From a phage, in the sequence record PZ445554.1: a DNA stretch of 64,000 nt, one strand, 5' to 3'. Both the position numbers and the translations under genes were made by a program. Shown here piece by piece: positions 42,749-52,452 of the stretch. The notes under the pieces are model-generated. The model worked only from the letters and a program-made list of their open reading frames with translations. It made no database searches and had not been told where the DNA came from. Position 1 is the first letter of the stretch. Each line of letters starts with the position of its first letter.

Positions 42749-43120
42749 TCACTTAAATTTAATGGCTTGAAGAAGACTAATAATTCTCAAGCGACTTCCT
42801 TCATCTTTAACTGTAAAAGAAAGAGGGTCACCAGATTTCATAGTGATAGTGCATTCAAAAGCAAAACCTTCGGGAACTTCTTCGAAGAAGTCAAATTCTT
42901 CATCATAAATTAGAACATTACTCTGAAAACTGTGAAGAATTTTTCCGTCATTTCCAGATGCTGTACTAATCATTGTAACATTATTACCTTTCATATCTTC
43001 AACGATAAATTCGCTTGTAGATATTACAGCATTAATAGAACCATTCCTATAAATAGCAGAAAATAGATATTTCTTTTCTTCACCTTCGCGAATGCGATAT
43101 TTCTTACCGATTTTAAACAT
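42749..43120 (-). CDS. hypothetical protein, 123 aa
   Basis: ORF track. Confidence 0.5.
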   Translation of the reverse strand: MFKIGKKYRIREGEEKKYLFSAIYRNGSINAVISTSEFIVEDMKGNNVTMISTASGNDGKILHSFQSNVLIYDEEFDFFEEVPEGFAFECTITMKSGDPLSFTVKDEGSRLRIISLLQAIKFK

Positions 43121-43122
43121 AA

Positions 43123-43299
43123 TTACCCTTTAAGTAAGTCGTAAAATCCGCCATTCACATGCTTAGGGGCAGAGACTAACCGAATAGCAATCCGATGACA
43201 ATCAGGACATACATCAGTATCTCTTTCAGAAATTTTCTTGATTTTTTCGTATTCTTTTGCGCAGTCTTTTGATTGACATTTATAATCATAAAGCGGCAT
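43123..43299 (-). CDS. FmdB-like zinc-ribbon protein, 58 aa (absent from track)
   Basis: MPLYDYKCQSKDC...(16)...CPDCH: two Cys pairs in the arrangement of FmdB-family regulatory zinc ribbons. Confidence 0.4.
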   Translation of the reverse strand: MPLYDYKCQSKDCAKEYEKIKKISERDTDVCPDCHRIAIRLVSAPKHVNGGFYDLLKG

Positions 43300-43301
43300 A
43301 A

Positions 43302-43715
43302 TTATTCCTTAAAGTGAGCTTTCAACATCTGATACAAGGACCATGCCTGTTCATCATTTTCAATAGTAACTTTCATTACAGGGAATTTAGATTGATCAGT
43401 TATCGGTGCAGATTCTTCCTGCTCTTCAGCTGCCTGGTATGGATTTTCAACTTCATTAAAGAATTCAGCTTCATTCGATGAAAGCCAAATAAAATCTTCA
43501 TCCAAAATATCTTTACCAGAAGATAGTACTAAATTTCCAGCAAATGACATAATTTTAATAGGACGCCCAAGAGCATCCACATCTAAAATTTTAAAAGGAT
43601 GCATACCTAAACGGCGTGCATAGATTCCGTTATCAGTATGGTCTTTAATAAAATTTTCTTGAGCTTGTTTATTTTTAAATTGATACCATTTATTAACTTC
43701 AAATCTAATAGCCAT
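43302..43715 (-). CDS. hypothetical protein, 137 aa
   Basis: ORF track. Confidence 0.5.
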   Translation of the reverse strand: MAIRFEVNKWYQFKNKQAQENFIKDHTDNGIYARRLGMHPFKILDVDALGRPIKIMSFAGNLVLSSGKDILDEDFIWLSSNEAEFFNEVENPYQAAEEQEESAPITDQSKFPVMKVTIENDEQAWSLYQMLKAHFKE

Positions 43716-43933
43716 TAATAAATTTCCTTCCAGTAAGTTGTGCCATCTTCAGTGATTTCACGGAATACACCATAAATTGGTTGTTTATCACCGACTTTCT
43801 CATATACATAAACCGAAGTCAAGTGAGTAAACTTGATAGTGTGTTCCTTTTGAACTACTACCAAATCTGGATCGAATAATACATCTTCAAATTCATCATT
43901 AGTGCAATTCTGAACAATTTTACGTTTCATCAT
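43715..43933 (-). CDS. hypothetical protein, 72 aa (cef position by synteny, unverified)
   Basis: ORF track, ATG start. Confidence 0.45.
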   Translation of the reverse strand: MMKRKIVQNCTNDEFEDVLFDPDLVVVQKEHTIKFTHLTSVYVYEKVGDKQPIYGVFREITEDGTTYWKEIY

Positions 43934-44104
43934 AATTTCCTCATTAATTGAACATTGGAGCGATGCGTTTCAGAAGAGTATCAGCGCACCTTTAACGAAT
44001 TATCCATTTTATTCTTCAAGTTGTTTTCTGTATCAGTAGTTGATATTGATATAGTACCATAATCAACTACTGATGTATATAGTTTTATGAAAAAATTTTA
44101 AACT

Positions 44105-44596
44105 TTATGCATAGCGAGCTTTGCTGTAGTGTTTAATCCAACTTTCAGGAATGACTTTGTATGTTCCTAAAAATACCGCGTTGTATAACTTAACGCCATC
44201 TTCTACCCATTGATCAGTAATGTATGCACACATAGCGCGAGTACGCTGAGGAAGTGGTTGTCCACCTTCGGTAAATTCAAACTCATAAGGAGCAATGAAC
44301 TTGATAGCTTGACCAAGTTTCCACTTAAAGTCTACACCTACATGCGAAGTATCAATCGTTTCAATTCCTTTAGCAGGAACAGCTTTCAAAAACGCAGGCT
44401 CAAGAAATTTCCATCGAACATAACCAAACTGGGGCTTAGACATTCCATCTTTAGCAATGATACGTACTTTTACTTCAGAATCTTCATCTTTAACACCGTG
44501 TTTAAGCTGAATGCTTACAACTTCGACCAATTTTCCTGCTGCTTTAGAACGGGATTTATCAGATACACGAGCAATTTCACCGATATTAATATTCAT
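44105..44596 (-). CDS. hypothetical protein, 163 aa (motB position by synteny, unverified); paralogue of the next ORF
   Basis: C-terminal motif TDQWVEDGVKLYN shared with 44670-45173. Confidence 0.5.
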   Translation of the reverse strand: MNINIGEIARVSDKSRSKAAGKLVEVVSIQLKHGVKDEDSEVKVRIIAKDGMSKPQFGYVRWKFLEPAFLKAVPAKGIETIDTSHVGVDFKWKLGQAIKFIAPYEFEFTEGGQPLPQRTRAMCAYITDQWVEDGVKLYNAVFLGTYKVIPESWIKHYSKARYA

Positions 44597-44669
44597 AATT
44601 ATCTCTCACTTGTTAAAAAGATTTTATACTCCACAGGACCATTATACTCTGGTCCCAAGAGTTTGTAAA

Positions 44670-45173
44670 CTAGCTTACACGAACATTAATCACTGCGCTA
44701 CGAGGAACTACAGAGTATTCTCCAGCATGAACTACGTTCAGAAGTTCAACGCCATCTTCAATCCACTGGTCAGTTACCCAACCACCGACCGGATTCGCGA
44801 ATGGACGACGAATGTAAACCGCCTTACACAACAAATCAGTCGGGTCTTCAATTTTTTCAACTGGTGCCACATACATAGAAACTAAATCCATATCAATATG
44901 GAATTTTTCCTGTTCTTCTTTTTCAATTTCTGTCAATAGACTAAAATCTTTTTCATAAATAATAAGCGATGACACCATTCCATAATAGTTTCTAATTTCA
45001 ATATACATCATGCCGATAAGAATTCCGCTATTAACACTAATAACAATAAAAGGATATCCGCCAGTTAAAGCAAGAAGTTCACAAAACTTATTATGAGCTG
45101 TATTAGACAGTACCGGAAAATTCTTAATTTCATCAAATTTTTTCAATTGATAAACAGCATTATTTTTAATCAT
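44670..45173 (-). CDS. hypothetical protein, 167 aa; paralogue of the preceding ORF
   Basis: C-terminal motif TDQWIEDGVELLN; N-terminal part unrelated and hydrophobic. Confidence 0.5.
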   Translation of the reverse strand: MIKNNAVYQLKKFDEIKNFPVLSNTAHNKFCELLALTGGYPFIVISVNSGILIGMMYIEIRNYYGMVSSLIIYEKDFSLLTEIEKEEQEKFHIDMDLVSMYVAPVEKIEDPTDLLCKAVYIRRPFANPVGGWVTDQWIEDGVELLNVVHAGEYSVVPRSAVINVRVS

Positions 45174-45183
45174 AATTTTCTCT

Positions 45184-45684
45184 TTAATCTAAGGTAATAA
45201 AGCCTTTTAATTCGGCATGCGATTTGCGGAACATTACTTGATGTCCGCCAATGATAACTTGGTCATCTGGTACTTCGTATACAGCAAGATAAAATCCTTT
45301 CGAAGCTAATTCTTCACGCTCTTCTCGTATGAACCATCTCATCATATCATATTCGCTAGCGAAAGCAAAATGATAAAGAGCTATAAACCATCCTGGAATA
45401 TGATATTCTACTCCAACATAATCTTTCTTGAACTTAGTATTAATTACTATATTAGCGTTTTTAACTAATAGTTTATCTTCGTGTGGTAAAGGAATTCTTT
45501 TATTATTATCGCTATGATGCATAAAATTAGGTCTGTCATAACCTACGTGTAATAGCCACTCTTCGCTCCATGAATCTATTATACTCCTGTACGGCGTTAT
45601 TTGAACACAAAGATTTCGACGTATTGTTATAGCATCTTCATAATTAAGAATACTAAACGATGATTCAACACGATAAATTTTCAT
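45184..45684 (-). CDS. hypothetical protein, about 166 aa
   Basis: ATG at 45682-45684 with SD GAGGA (track start is TTG); early promoter at 45704-45742. Confidence 0.45.
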   Translation of the reverse strand: MKIYRVESSFSILNYEDAITIRRNLCVQITPYRSIIDSWSEEWLLHVGYDRPNFMHHSDNNKRIPLPHEDKLLVKNANIVINTKFKKDYVGVEYHIPGWFIALYHFAFASEYDMMRWFIREEREELASKGFYLAVYEVPDDQVIIGGHQVMFRKSHAELKGFITLD

Positions 45685-45703
45685 TTTATTATCCTCAGTA
45701 GCT

Positions 45704-45742
45704 ATGGTGTTATAATACCACAACTAACCGAGGAAGTAAACA
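45704..45742 (-). promoter_or_regulatory. T4 early-type promoter
   Basis: GTTTAC-17 bp-GTGGTATTATAAC. Confidence 0.5.
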
Positions 45743-45747
45743 ACTTT

Positions 45748-46431
45748 TTATCGTTTTGTTGGAAGAGATAGAGGATCGCAATCTTCCTCTGATGGAGCAT
45801 CTTCAAGACCCATAGCATATCGCAAAGCGTACTTCATCATCAGGATGTCTTTCGCACAGTCATGAATAGAATCATGTGCAACGAATCCATCTAAAGTTCC
45901 CTTTGGAAGAGGACATGTGGTCATATCACGAACAAGCAGAAGTGCTTCAATTCTGGTACGAATATCACGCTGATTCCAGAATTTACATGGTTCTAACTTA
46001 AATGTGTCAAGCTCATTCTCAGATACACCATTAAGGCGTTGAATATCACGAATGAGATCGACTAAAATTGGAAAATCAAACGACATTCCACGACACCAAC
46101 CTTGAGATTTCCAAGGATCGATATTATGCGCATTGATATAATCATTAAATTTTGCAATACCATCGATGGTGCTTACATCTTCATCTGATGGTGCAATATT
46201 TTTTCGAGCTTCAGGGGATTGATTCTTCCACCATTCGATAGTACTTTTAGTAAAAAGACGATGTCCTTTTTGGCTTTTTAAATCAAATTTGATTTTAATG
46301 CCACGTGAAACTAATTCATCAAATGTTTCAACGACTTCTGGATTAGGGTCAAAAGCAATTACAGCTAAATCAATAACAGCTGCCTTTTCGCCGCTTCCCA
46401 TTGTTTCAAAATCTATAATAAAATCAAACAT
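45748..46431 (-). CDS. dexA: exonuclease A (DEDD 3'-5' exonuclease)
   Basis: 227 aa; N-terminal DEDD exo motif IIDFETMG. Confidence 0.85.
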   Translation of the reverse strand: MFDFIIDFETMGSGEKAAVIDLAVIAFDPNPEVVETFDELVSRGIKIKFDLKSQKGHRLFTKSTIEWWKNQSPEARKNIAPSDEDVSTIDGIAKFNDYINAHNIDPWKSQGWCRGMSFDFPILVDLIRDIQRLNGVSENELDTFKLEPCKFWNQRDIRTRIEALLLVRDMTTCPLPKGTLDGFVAHDSIHDCAKDILMMKYALRYAMGLEDAPSEEDCDPLSLPTKR

Positions 46432-46673
46432 TAAATTTTCCTTGCTAAATCGCGAATTTGACCTACAGTATAGTCTTGAATATAAACTTTATTAATAGGC
46501 TCATCAATAAATTTTGCCATAGATTCAATGTCTTTTTGTATCTCTTCAAGACTGTATACTATCTTTGAAGCTTTTTCGCGAATAGTAATATTTTCAGGAC
46601 CCGGATTTTCTTCAATGACAGCTTTAACATTTGTCATAAGAGATTTAAACTGGTACCAACTCAATTCAATCAT
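46431..46673 (-). CDS. hypothetical protein, 80 aa; paralogue of the next ORF
   Basis: Shared motifs LEEIQKDI / KVYIQDYTVGQIRDL. Confidence 0.45.
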   Translation of the reverse strand: MIELSWYQFKSLMTNVKAVIEENPGPENITIREKASKIVYSLEEIQKDIESMAKFIDEPINKVYIQDYTVGQIRDLARKI

Positions 46674-46926
46674 TAATAATCGCCTTATAAAGATAGCTAA
46701 TTTCGCCTAAAATATAATCATTGATTGTAACAGTTTTCACTTCACCACAAAAGAATTCTAACGCAATTAAATCTCGTTCAATTTCTTCTAATTGAAGCCT
46801 CAACTTACTAGATTCTATTTTTACAGTTTCACGATTTTTGCTATAAGCAATTTCATAAATTTCGCTTACTTTATCTTGAAGAAGATAAAACTGATCTTTA
46901 GTTATTTCCACGAATAGCTTCCTCAA
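46666..46926 (-). CDS. hypothetical protein, 81-86 aa; paralogue of the previous ORF (start uncertain)
   Basis: Track start is TTG; possible GTG start at 46911 with SD AGGAAG; shared motifs LEEIERDL / KTVTINDYILGEISYL. Confidence 0.4.
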   Translation of the reverse strand: MRKLFVEITKDQFYLLQDKVSEIYEIAYSKNRETVKIESSKLRLQLEEIERDLIALEFFCGEVKTVTINDYILGEISYLYKAIIND

Positions 46927-47158
46927 ATTTAATCAGTAATTTACAAACACTTTCATCTAGTGTAATTACCGTATCTGTATTACTGTGATATGATTGTTTT
47001 TCAATTCGTTTAATTGCTAATATAGTATCACTTATAAGATAAAGCTTATGAAGGAGCTCAGCTCCTGTTACCATAACATTAAGATTATCTTGCTTATTAG
47101 TATGCTTCCTTATACCATCTATTAGACGATTTAAATATTTTGAATTGATGTTAATCAT
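46898..47158 (-). CDS. hypothetical protein, 86 aa
   Basis: ORF track. Confidence 0.45.
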   Translation of the reverse strand: MININSKYLNRLIDGIRKHTNKQDNLNVMVTGAELLHKLYLISDTILAIKRIEKQSYHSNTDTVITLDESVCKLLIKFEEAIRGNN

Positions 47159-47164
47159 ATATCC

Positions 47165-48484
47165 TCACACATAAAATACATCATAACGACCACGAGTAAC
47201 ACCAACATAAAGAAGTTGTTGAGCCAATTCAGCATCTGCATAATGAATACAAGGCGTATAAATGAAAGCACGGTCTACAGACATGCCCTGTGCTTTATGG
47301 AATGTTGATGCAGGAAGTGCTTTCACTTTACTAAACTGTGATTTAGCATCCCAAAAATCACTCCATGGAGCTTTTCCGCCTTTGTTCCAATTTTTATAAG
47401 TTTCTGCCGTTTTACCTAAAAATAGGTTAAACTTATACAGTTCTTCATCAGATGAAATTATTTTAATCTTTTCACGATAATATTCATCATCGCCATAAGT
47501 TTCTACTGTTAAATCCCAGTGACGAATTAGATATTCTCCAGGAACACCACGAGCTTTAACAAAGGTTGATGTATACTCTGCTTCTATAATACGAACTAAT
47601 TGTCCGTTGTTAAAAATAATTTCTGACACAGGCTTTCCATCAATTTTATATGTTTTAATTAATGGTTCCTGCATTACAATAATTTCACCGACAATAAAAT
47701 CTTTATCAGTTTCAAAAATCTTTTTACGAATAATGCTATTTAACTTATCAACAGATTTATTCGTAAATGCCATTACGCGATTTTCAAACAAATCATCTAG
47801 AGATTTGACGATTGAAAAATAATTTACCATAAAATCGCGTAAAGCGGTATCACCAGTAAATCCACGTACTCCATGCCCGTCAACAACTTTATCATAAATC
47901 CACTTACCGCTACGAACGTCAGTAGCTACATCAATAATAGGAGCATTACTGCGTTTAACTTCAGTGAGTTCACACTGATAAAAATCTTTATGTGTAAAGA
48001 ATGGACTGATATAAGCAGTATTTTCTCCTGGGTCAACAGGTCTAATTTGCTTATTATCACCTATTCCAATTATAGTACACCACGGCGGGATAGTTGAAAG
48101 CAGAATTTTAAATAGCTTTCTATCATACATTGACACTTCGTCGCAGATTAATACCCTGCATTTAGCTAAATCTGGTACTTCCTTCTGCTCGAAGAGGACA
48201 TTTTCTTCATATGTTACTGGGTTAATTTTAAGAATACTATGAATAGTACTCGCTTCTTTCCCTGATAGTTTTGAAAGAATCTTTTTAGCCGCATGCGTAG
48301 GAGCTGCTAAAATAATACCAGTTTCACCCGTAGATATTAAAGCTTCAATGATGAACTTAGTAAGAGTAGTCTTACCAGTACCGGCAGGTCCATTAATAGT
48401 TACATGGTGTTTCTTTTCTTTAATAGCCTTCATAACAATGTTAAAGGCATTTTTCTGGCCTTCGGTCAAATCATCAAATGTCAT
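47165..48484 (-). CDS. dda: Dda SF1B DNA helicase
   Basis: 439 aa; Walker A GPAGTGKT. Confidence 0.9.
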   Translation of the reverse strand: MTFDDLTEGQKNAFNIVMKAIKEKKHHVTINGPAGTGKTTLTKFIIEALISTGETGIILAAPTHAAKKILSKLSGKEASTIHSILKINPVTYEENVLFEQKEVPDLAKCRVLICDEVSMYDRKLFKILLSTIPPWCTIIGIGDNKQIRPVDPGENTAYISPFFTHKDFYQCELTEVKRSNAPIIDVATDVRSGKWIYDKVVDGHGVRGFTGDTALRDFMVNYFSIVKSLDDLFENRVMAFTNKSVDKLNSIIRKKIFETDKDFIVGEIIVMQEPLIKTYKIDGKPVSEIIFNNGQLVRIIEAEYTSTFVKARGVPGEYLIRHWDLTVETYGDDEYYREKIKIISSDEELYKFNLFLGKTAETYKNWNKGGKAPWSDFWDAKSQFSKVKALPASTFHKAQGMSVDRAFIYTPCIHYADAELAQQLLYVGVTRGRYDVFYV

Positions 48485-48792
48485 CGTAAATTCCCTGCAA
48501 TTGGTATACTAACAATACGCCCAGTATCTAAAATTCGCTGATATAATCTTTGCGTGTCTACGTCAGGCTTAACATGTTTAACTTCTATTTTATTAAACCA
48601 AAATTTACGTGGAGTCTCAACTAATCTTGGAATTCCCTTACCTAAAGCTAGTCGATACTGCTCTTTAAGAGTAGTAAATACTTTATCAGCAATATTCCAT
48701 TCAAAAAATACAGCAGGACGATGTTCATCAAGTGGAACTGGCGCTGTAAATCCGTCTTTGTCTCGGTAAACTATCGCATATACATAAACCAT
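48481..48792 (-). CDS. hypothetical protein, 103 aa
   Basis: ORF track. Confidence 0.5.
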   Translation of the reverse strand: MVYVYAIVYRDKDGFTAPVPLDEHRPAVFFEWNIADKVFTTLKEQYRLALGKGIPRLVETPRKFWFNKIEVKHVKPDVDTQRLYQRILDTGRIVSIPIAGNLR

Positions 48793-48793
48793 A

Positions 48794-49540
48794 TTATCCT
48801 CGGATAAGTTTAAAAATTGAACAATTTAGCGGGTATCCTCTTTTCAGTTTAAGTTTATCAATAAAAGACAAGTTTTGATACCGCTCTACACCTTGAATAA
48901 TTTTATCACACATATCATATTGCATTTCTGCTTCTGACAACTTTTTCACAATTTTCCAATCCGAGCCTTTAAGAAGAACGTTCAATTTAACAACTTCAGC
49001 GCCTTCTGCTATACGAGAACCATCAATACGAGCTTTAAGTGCTATAATCCTCAGCTTAATGTCAGAGGTCTGTTTTGATTTAGAAAGCTGAGAAATGTGC
49101 TCAATTCGGTTTTCACGTTTTTTCTGTATAGCTTTAATTTGATTATAAGTCTTTTTGATTTTAGCCCATTTCTTTTCATCTAAATTTAGTTTATGAACTT
49201 TTTTCGCAGATGAACGACCAATTCGCAAAGCAAATAAATCCCGTTTTTCAATCAACTCTTCTAAAGTATAATCAGAACGAAATGTATTATACTTTTTCTT
49301 TACTGCAATAACATTCCCTTTAATGTATCCAACGTTATTATCAAAACGTTCTAATGATAATTTCTCTCCTTCAATACGATTATCAAAAGGTTCTCCCGAG
49401 TAAGCACAAACTTTTTGATCTAAAATGTTCTTAATGTAATTGAAGTCTAAGTTAAAATCTTTAGAACGTCTTTTTGCAGATGCCTGAGTATGCTCTAGAC
49501 GACGTTTAATTTTACGAATTTGGTTATTAGACAGCTTCAT
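48794..49540 (-). CDS. basic 248-aa protein (srd position by synteny, unverified)
   Basis: ORF track; early promoter at 49570-49606; weak HNH-like resemblance (CAYSGEPF...ERFDNNVGYIKGNV) without catalytic His. Confidence 0.5.
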   Translation of the reverse strand: MKLSNNQIRKIKRRLEHTQASAKRRSKDFNLDFNYIKNILDQKVCAYSGEPFDNRIEGEKLSLERFDNNVGYIKGNVIAVKKKYNTFRSDYTLEELIEKRDLFALRIGRSSAKKVHKLNLDEKKWAKIKKTYNQIKAIQKKRENRIEHISQLSKSKQTSDIKLRIIALKARIDGSRIAEGAEVVKLNVLLKGSDWKIVKKLSEAEMQYDMCDKIIQGVERYQNLSFIDKLKLKRGYPLNCSIFKLIRG

Positions 49541-49569
49541 ATTTTTCTCACATCTTACGGACGGTTAAC

Positions 49570-49606
49570 TACTTATACTATAACATTTTTACCTTAACTT
49601 GTAAAC
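49570..49606 (-). promoter_or_regulatory. T4 early-type promoter
   Basis: GTTTAC-spacer-ATAGTATAAG. Confidence 0.4.
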
Positions 49607-49663
49607 AACTTTATGTAAAAATGCTTTAAAACTTTCATGGTATAATGAATCTAAGTCCTTCCA

Positions 49664-50266
49664 TTATAGATTAAATCCTTCAAAATCAAGAGTATAGATA
49701 GTATATGTTGAATACTTTTTGTACTCATATCTATCTGCAATTCTAAATACACTTCCAGCTGGTATCATTACTTCTTGTTCATCTGAAACTAATTCCATAT
49801 TACGATAACGATGACTATCCGGAAACTTAAAGTTTGGATTGTATTCTTTACAGCGTAGAGCTTTTATAGCATACTCCTGAAAATTGAATACCATAGGAGC
49901 TTTGAATTCAAAAATAACTTGTGTGTTATATTCTAAACCAGAAGCAAAATGTAGAGCTATATTTTTATCATATGAAGCTGATACGACTTTATCAAATGTA
50001 ATAATATCAATTCCTTGATTTAATACTTGTTTAGTCTCAGCTGGAACACCTCTCCAAAGAGGTTTATCGTTTGGTTCCAAACGAGATTTGATTATTTCAT
50101 TTAACCAAGTATGGTCATCTGGCTTATTAGTAATACAATGAATTAAAAGTTCAATTTCAGATAAATTAAACCCTTCAGAAAGTAATTCTTCACGAATAGA
50201 AGCACGCACCGATGCATCCATTGATTTTATTTTAAAATCTTTTAGTTGCATTACTGAGTATTTCAT
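49664..50266 (-). CDS. modA: ADP-ribosyltransferase ModA
   Basis: 200 aa; R-S-EXE motifs (LWRG ... SAS ... DEQEVMIP). Confidence 0.8.
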   Translation of the reverse strand: MKYSVMQLKDFKIKSMDASVRASIREELLSEGFNLSEIELLIHCITNKPDDHTWLNEIIKSRLEPNDKPLWRGVPAETKQVLNQGIDIITFDKVVSASYDKNIALHFASGLEYNTQVIFEFKAPMVFNFQEYAIKALRCKEYNPNFKFPDSHRYRNMELVSDEQEVMIPAGSVFRIADRYEYKKYSTYTIYTLDFEGFNL

Positions 50267-50886
50267 TCAACTACCTCAATATCATAAACTTTAAATGTTC
50301 CAAATGAATCGTGTAATTTTTCTTTTGAAATAGAAGTTATTCTATACTTTCCAATTGGAATCATCCATTCTTGTTCACGCACAATCATCATTAAGTTATC
50401 AGTACGCTCTGAATCTAATCCATCAGTATCTTCATACGTGTACTTAAACTCAGTATTAGGAGAAGAAAGTATAATATCGCTGATATGGTCAGAATAATTA
50501 AAAGCTTTATTAGTTTTTAAGCGAAGTATTATTTTAGTAAAATATTCAGCGTAAGAAAAAGAACATGCTGTGAGCAAACTAGTAGTAAATGAATCTACTC
50601 TATTCGTTGAAAACACTTCTCCAACTTGTAAATCTTTAATAAGTTCTTCTGTTGATTTTGATATACCACGATATAACTGATAAGGTGATTTAGTTAAATG
50701 CTTTTTAATGATTTTATTCAACTGCCTATGAAGAGCTTCATTCTTTTTGGCTTCCATACATTGCCAAAGAACTGACTGCTCAAAGTCAGTAAATTTTTCA
50801 CAGACCTTTTTATACATATCATATTGAAAATCAACGCTTTCAGCTTTTATAGATAACTGTTCAACATCTGCAAGATTAATAATCAT
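50263..50886 (-). CDS. modB: ADP-ribosyltransferase ModB
   Basis: 207 aa; R-S-EXE motifs (LYRG ... STN ... REQEWMIP); early promoter and leader hairpin upstream. Confidence 0.8.
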   Translation of the reverse strand: MIINLADVEQLSIKAESVDFQYDMYKKVCEKFTDFEQSVLWQCMEAKKNEALHRQLNKIIKKHLTKSPYQLYRGISKSTEELIKDLQVGEVFSTNRVDSFTTSLLTACSFSYAEYFTKIILRLKTNKAFNYSDHISDIILSSPNTEFKYTYEDTDGLDSERTDNLMMIVREQEWMIPIGKYRITSISKEKLHDSFGTFKVYDIEVVE

Positions 50887-50907
50887 GATAGCCTCCGTAT
50901 ACTTCAG

Positions 50908-50942
50908 AAGCTATCATATCATCGTTAGAAAGGAAAGTAAAC
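50908..50942 (-). promoter_or_regulatory. T4 early-type promoter for modB
   Basis: GTTTAC-17 bp-ATATGATAG. Confidence 0.45.
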
Positions 50943-50953
50943 AACTTTTTGAA

Positions 50954-51136
50954 TTATTTTGCCCAGGGAGCCCAAGGCGGAGGGTCAAGATGGTATGAAG
51001 CTAGTTCTTCTAGAAGAGCATCTGGGGCTTCAATTCCATAATTCTGTAATACTATACGGTACTCTTTCTTATAATCACTGGAATCATTCTGGTTATTCGT
51101 AGAATGATTATCTTCTAACATCTCAAATAAATCCAT
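50954..51136 (-). CDS. acidic hypothetical protein, 60 aa
   Basis: ORF track. Confidence 0.4.
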   Translation of the reverse strand: MDLFEMLEDNHSTNNQNDSSDYKKEYRIVLQNYGIEAPDALLEELASYHLDPPPWAPWAK

Positions 51137-51144
51137 ATTAATTC

Positions 51145-51627
51145 CTAGCGATAAAAACCAAAATAACGATTAGCTTCAACAATCTTTCTTTCTTCTTCGG
51201 ACATTCTCCAGCGTAGTCCAACATCAAAATGAGCCCAGACCATCTTAACAAATGCATTTATATCTTTAATATCTTCAATAATGAATGTTTTACTTTTAGA
51301 ATGTTGACCTGCTAAATTAAGTGCTAATTTAACGTTATCATCTTCAAACAGGTCAAAAAGACCATATTCATGAGCTCTTTTATAGCCTTTAATAGTTAAA
51401 GCTTCAGAAGAAGAAAACGGTGAATCAGTATTCTGCAAAATATCTTCAGTATGCTTTATAATTAGAATAACATTTTCTGGATATTTTCTTTCTTGTATAT
51501 CTTTAATTAAAAAATCCGGATTTTCTGCTAAAGGAATAATTAATGAGCATTTTTTACCAAGAGTATTTACTGATTTACCTTCTTTAGACATGAATTCTAC
51601 TGAATAATGTTTTGCTACTTCAATCAT
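51145..51627 (-). CDS. hypothetical protein, 160 aa
   Basis: ORF track. Confidence 0.5.
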   Translation of the reverse strand: MIEVAKHYSVEFMSKEGKSVNTLGKKCSLIIPLAENPDFLIKDIQERKYPENVILIIKHTEDILQNTDSPFSSSEALTIKGYKRAHEYGLFDLFEDDNVKLALNLAGQHSKSKTFIIEDIKDINAFVKMVWAHFDVGLRWRMSEEERKIVEANRYFGFYR

Positions 51628-51784
51628 GTGATTTCCTTTTGCCTACTAATGGACCATCGGGAATTTTGTTTTCCTGGATATATTTCTCATTTTCTTCCAT
51701 CATTTTACTGCCAATTTTAAGAAGCAAATCCAGTGCTTCATTTGCTTTTGCTTTAGCCTCTTCTAACGTTATATCTTTGTTCAT
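51620..51784 (-). CDS. small ORF, about 54 aa (absent from track)
   Basis: ATGA overlap with upstream gene stop. Confidence 0.25.
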   Translation of the reverse strand: MNKDITLEEAKAKANEALDLLLKIGSKMMEENEKYIQENKIPDGPLVGKRKSHD

Positions 51785-51984
51785 GATTTATCACCATAGA
51801 TGTCTCTCATCAATTTAAGCGCTGAGCGTTCTAATTTCTTTTCTTTCTCAGCACTAATCATTGATTTCATCCATTCTTCCGATTCGTTCTGCATTTCTTT
51901 ATTTGCTTGTTCAACCCAACCATCATCAATATACATTGAGTTTGGTCTATTGAACCATTCAAGAATCTTCTTGAGAGCTTTCAT
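51781..51984 (-). CDS. hypothetical protein, 67 aa
   Basis: ORF track. Confidence 0.4.
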   Translation of the reverse strand: MKALKKILEWFNRPNSMYIDDGWVEQANKEMQNESEEWMKSMISAEKEKKLERSALKLMRDIYGDKS

Positions 51985-52444
51985 TTATTTTACCTAAAAC
52001 AATAGTAGGAGCATCGTCAAATTTATGAATTTTTAGCAAATTTGGATTTAAATTATTCCATAAAGAGGTAATAAAATATGATAGCGCACTTTCGTCCGTA
52101 ATTATAAATTTATTTCCTTTATCTATTTTCCAATCATATATTGAATCATATGAATAGAAGGATAACGGTTTATTATTATAATATGCTTCAGCAACATCAA
52201 TATAGTTAGATTTAGTAAATGCTTGAATTGCCATAAATGGAGAATTTTGTACAGTTTCAATAATTCCGATCTTTTTAAGTTTTATTTCAACATCTTCTGG
52301 AATTGGCATTGAAATAAAATCTTCTACTAGATACATGTTATTGTCATATCTTTTATCAATCATTACTGCTACGGTAATTGGAACATCCTTGACAAACGCC
52401 ATACTAATACTATTGATAGACATTTCAAACAAAATTGCTTCCAT
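51959..52444 (-). CDS. hypothetical protein, 161 aa (mrh position by synteny, unverified)
   Basis: ATG at 52442-52444 with SD GAGGAAAA (track start is TTG). Confidence 0.45.
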   Translation of the reverse strand: MEAILFEMSINSISMAFVKDVPITVAVMIDKRYDNNMYLVEDFISMPIPEDVEIKLKKIGIIETVQNSPFMAIQAFTKSNYIDVAEAYYNNKPLSFYSYDSIYDWKIDKGNKFIITDESALSYFITSLWNNLNPNLLKIHKFDDAPTIVLGKINESSQEDS

Positions 52445-52452
52445 AATTTTCC

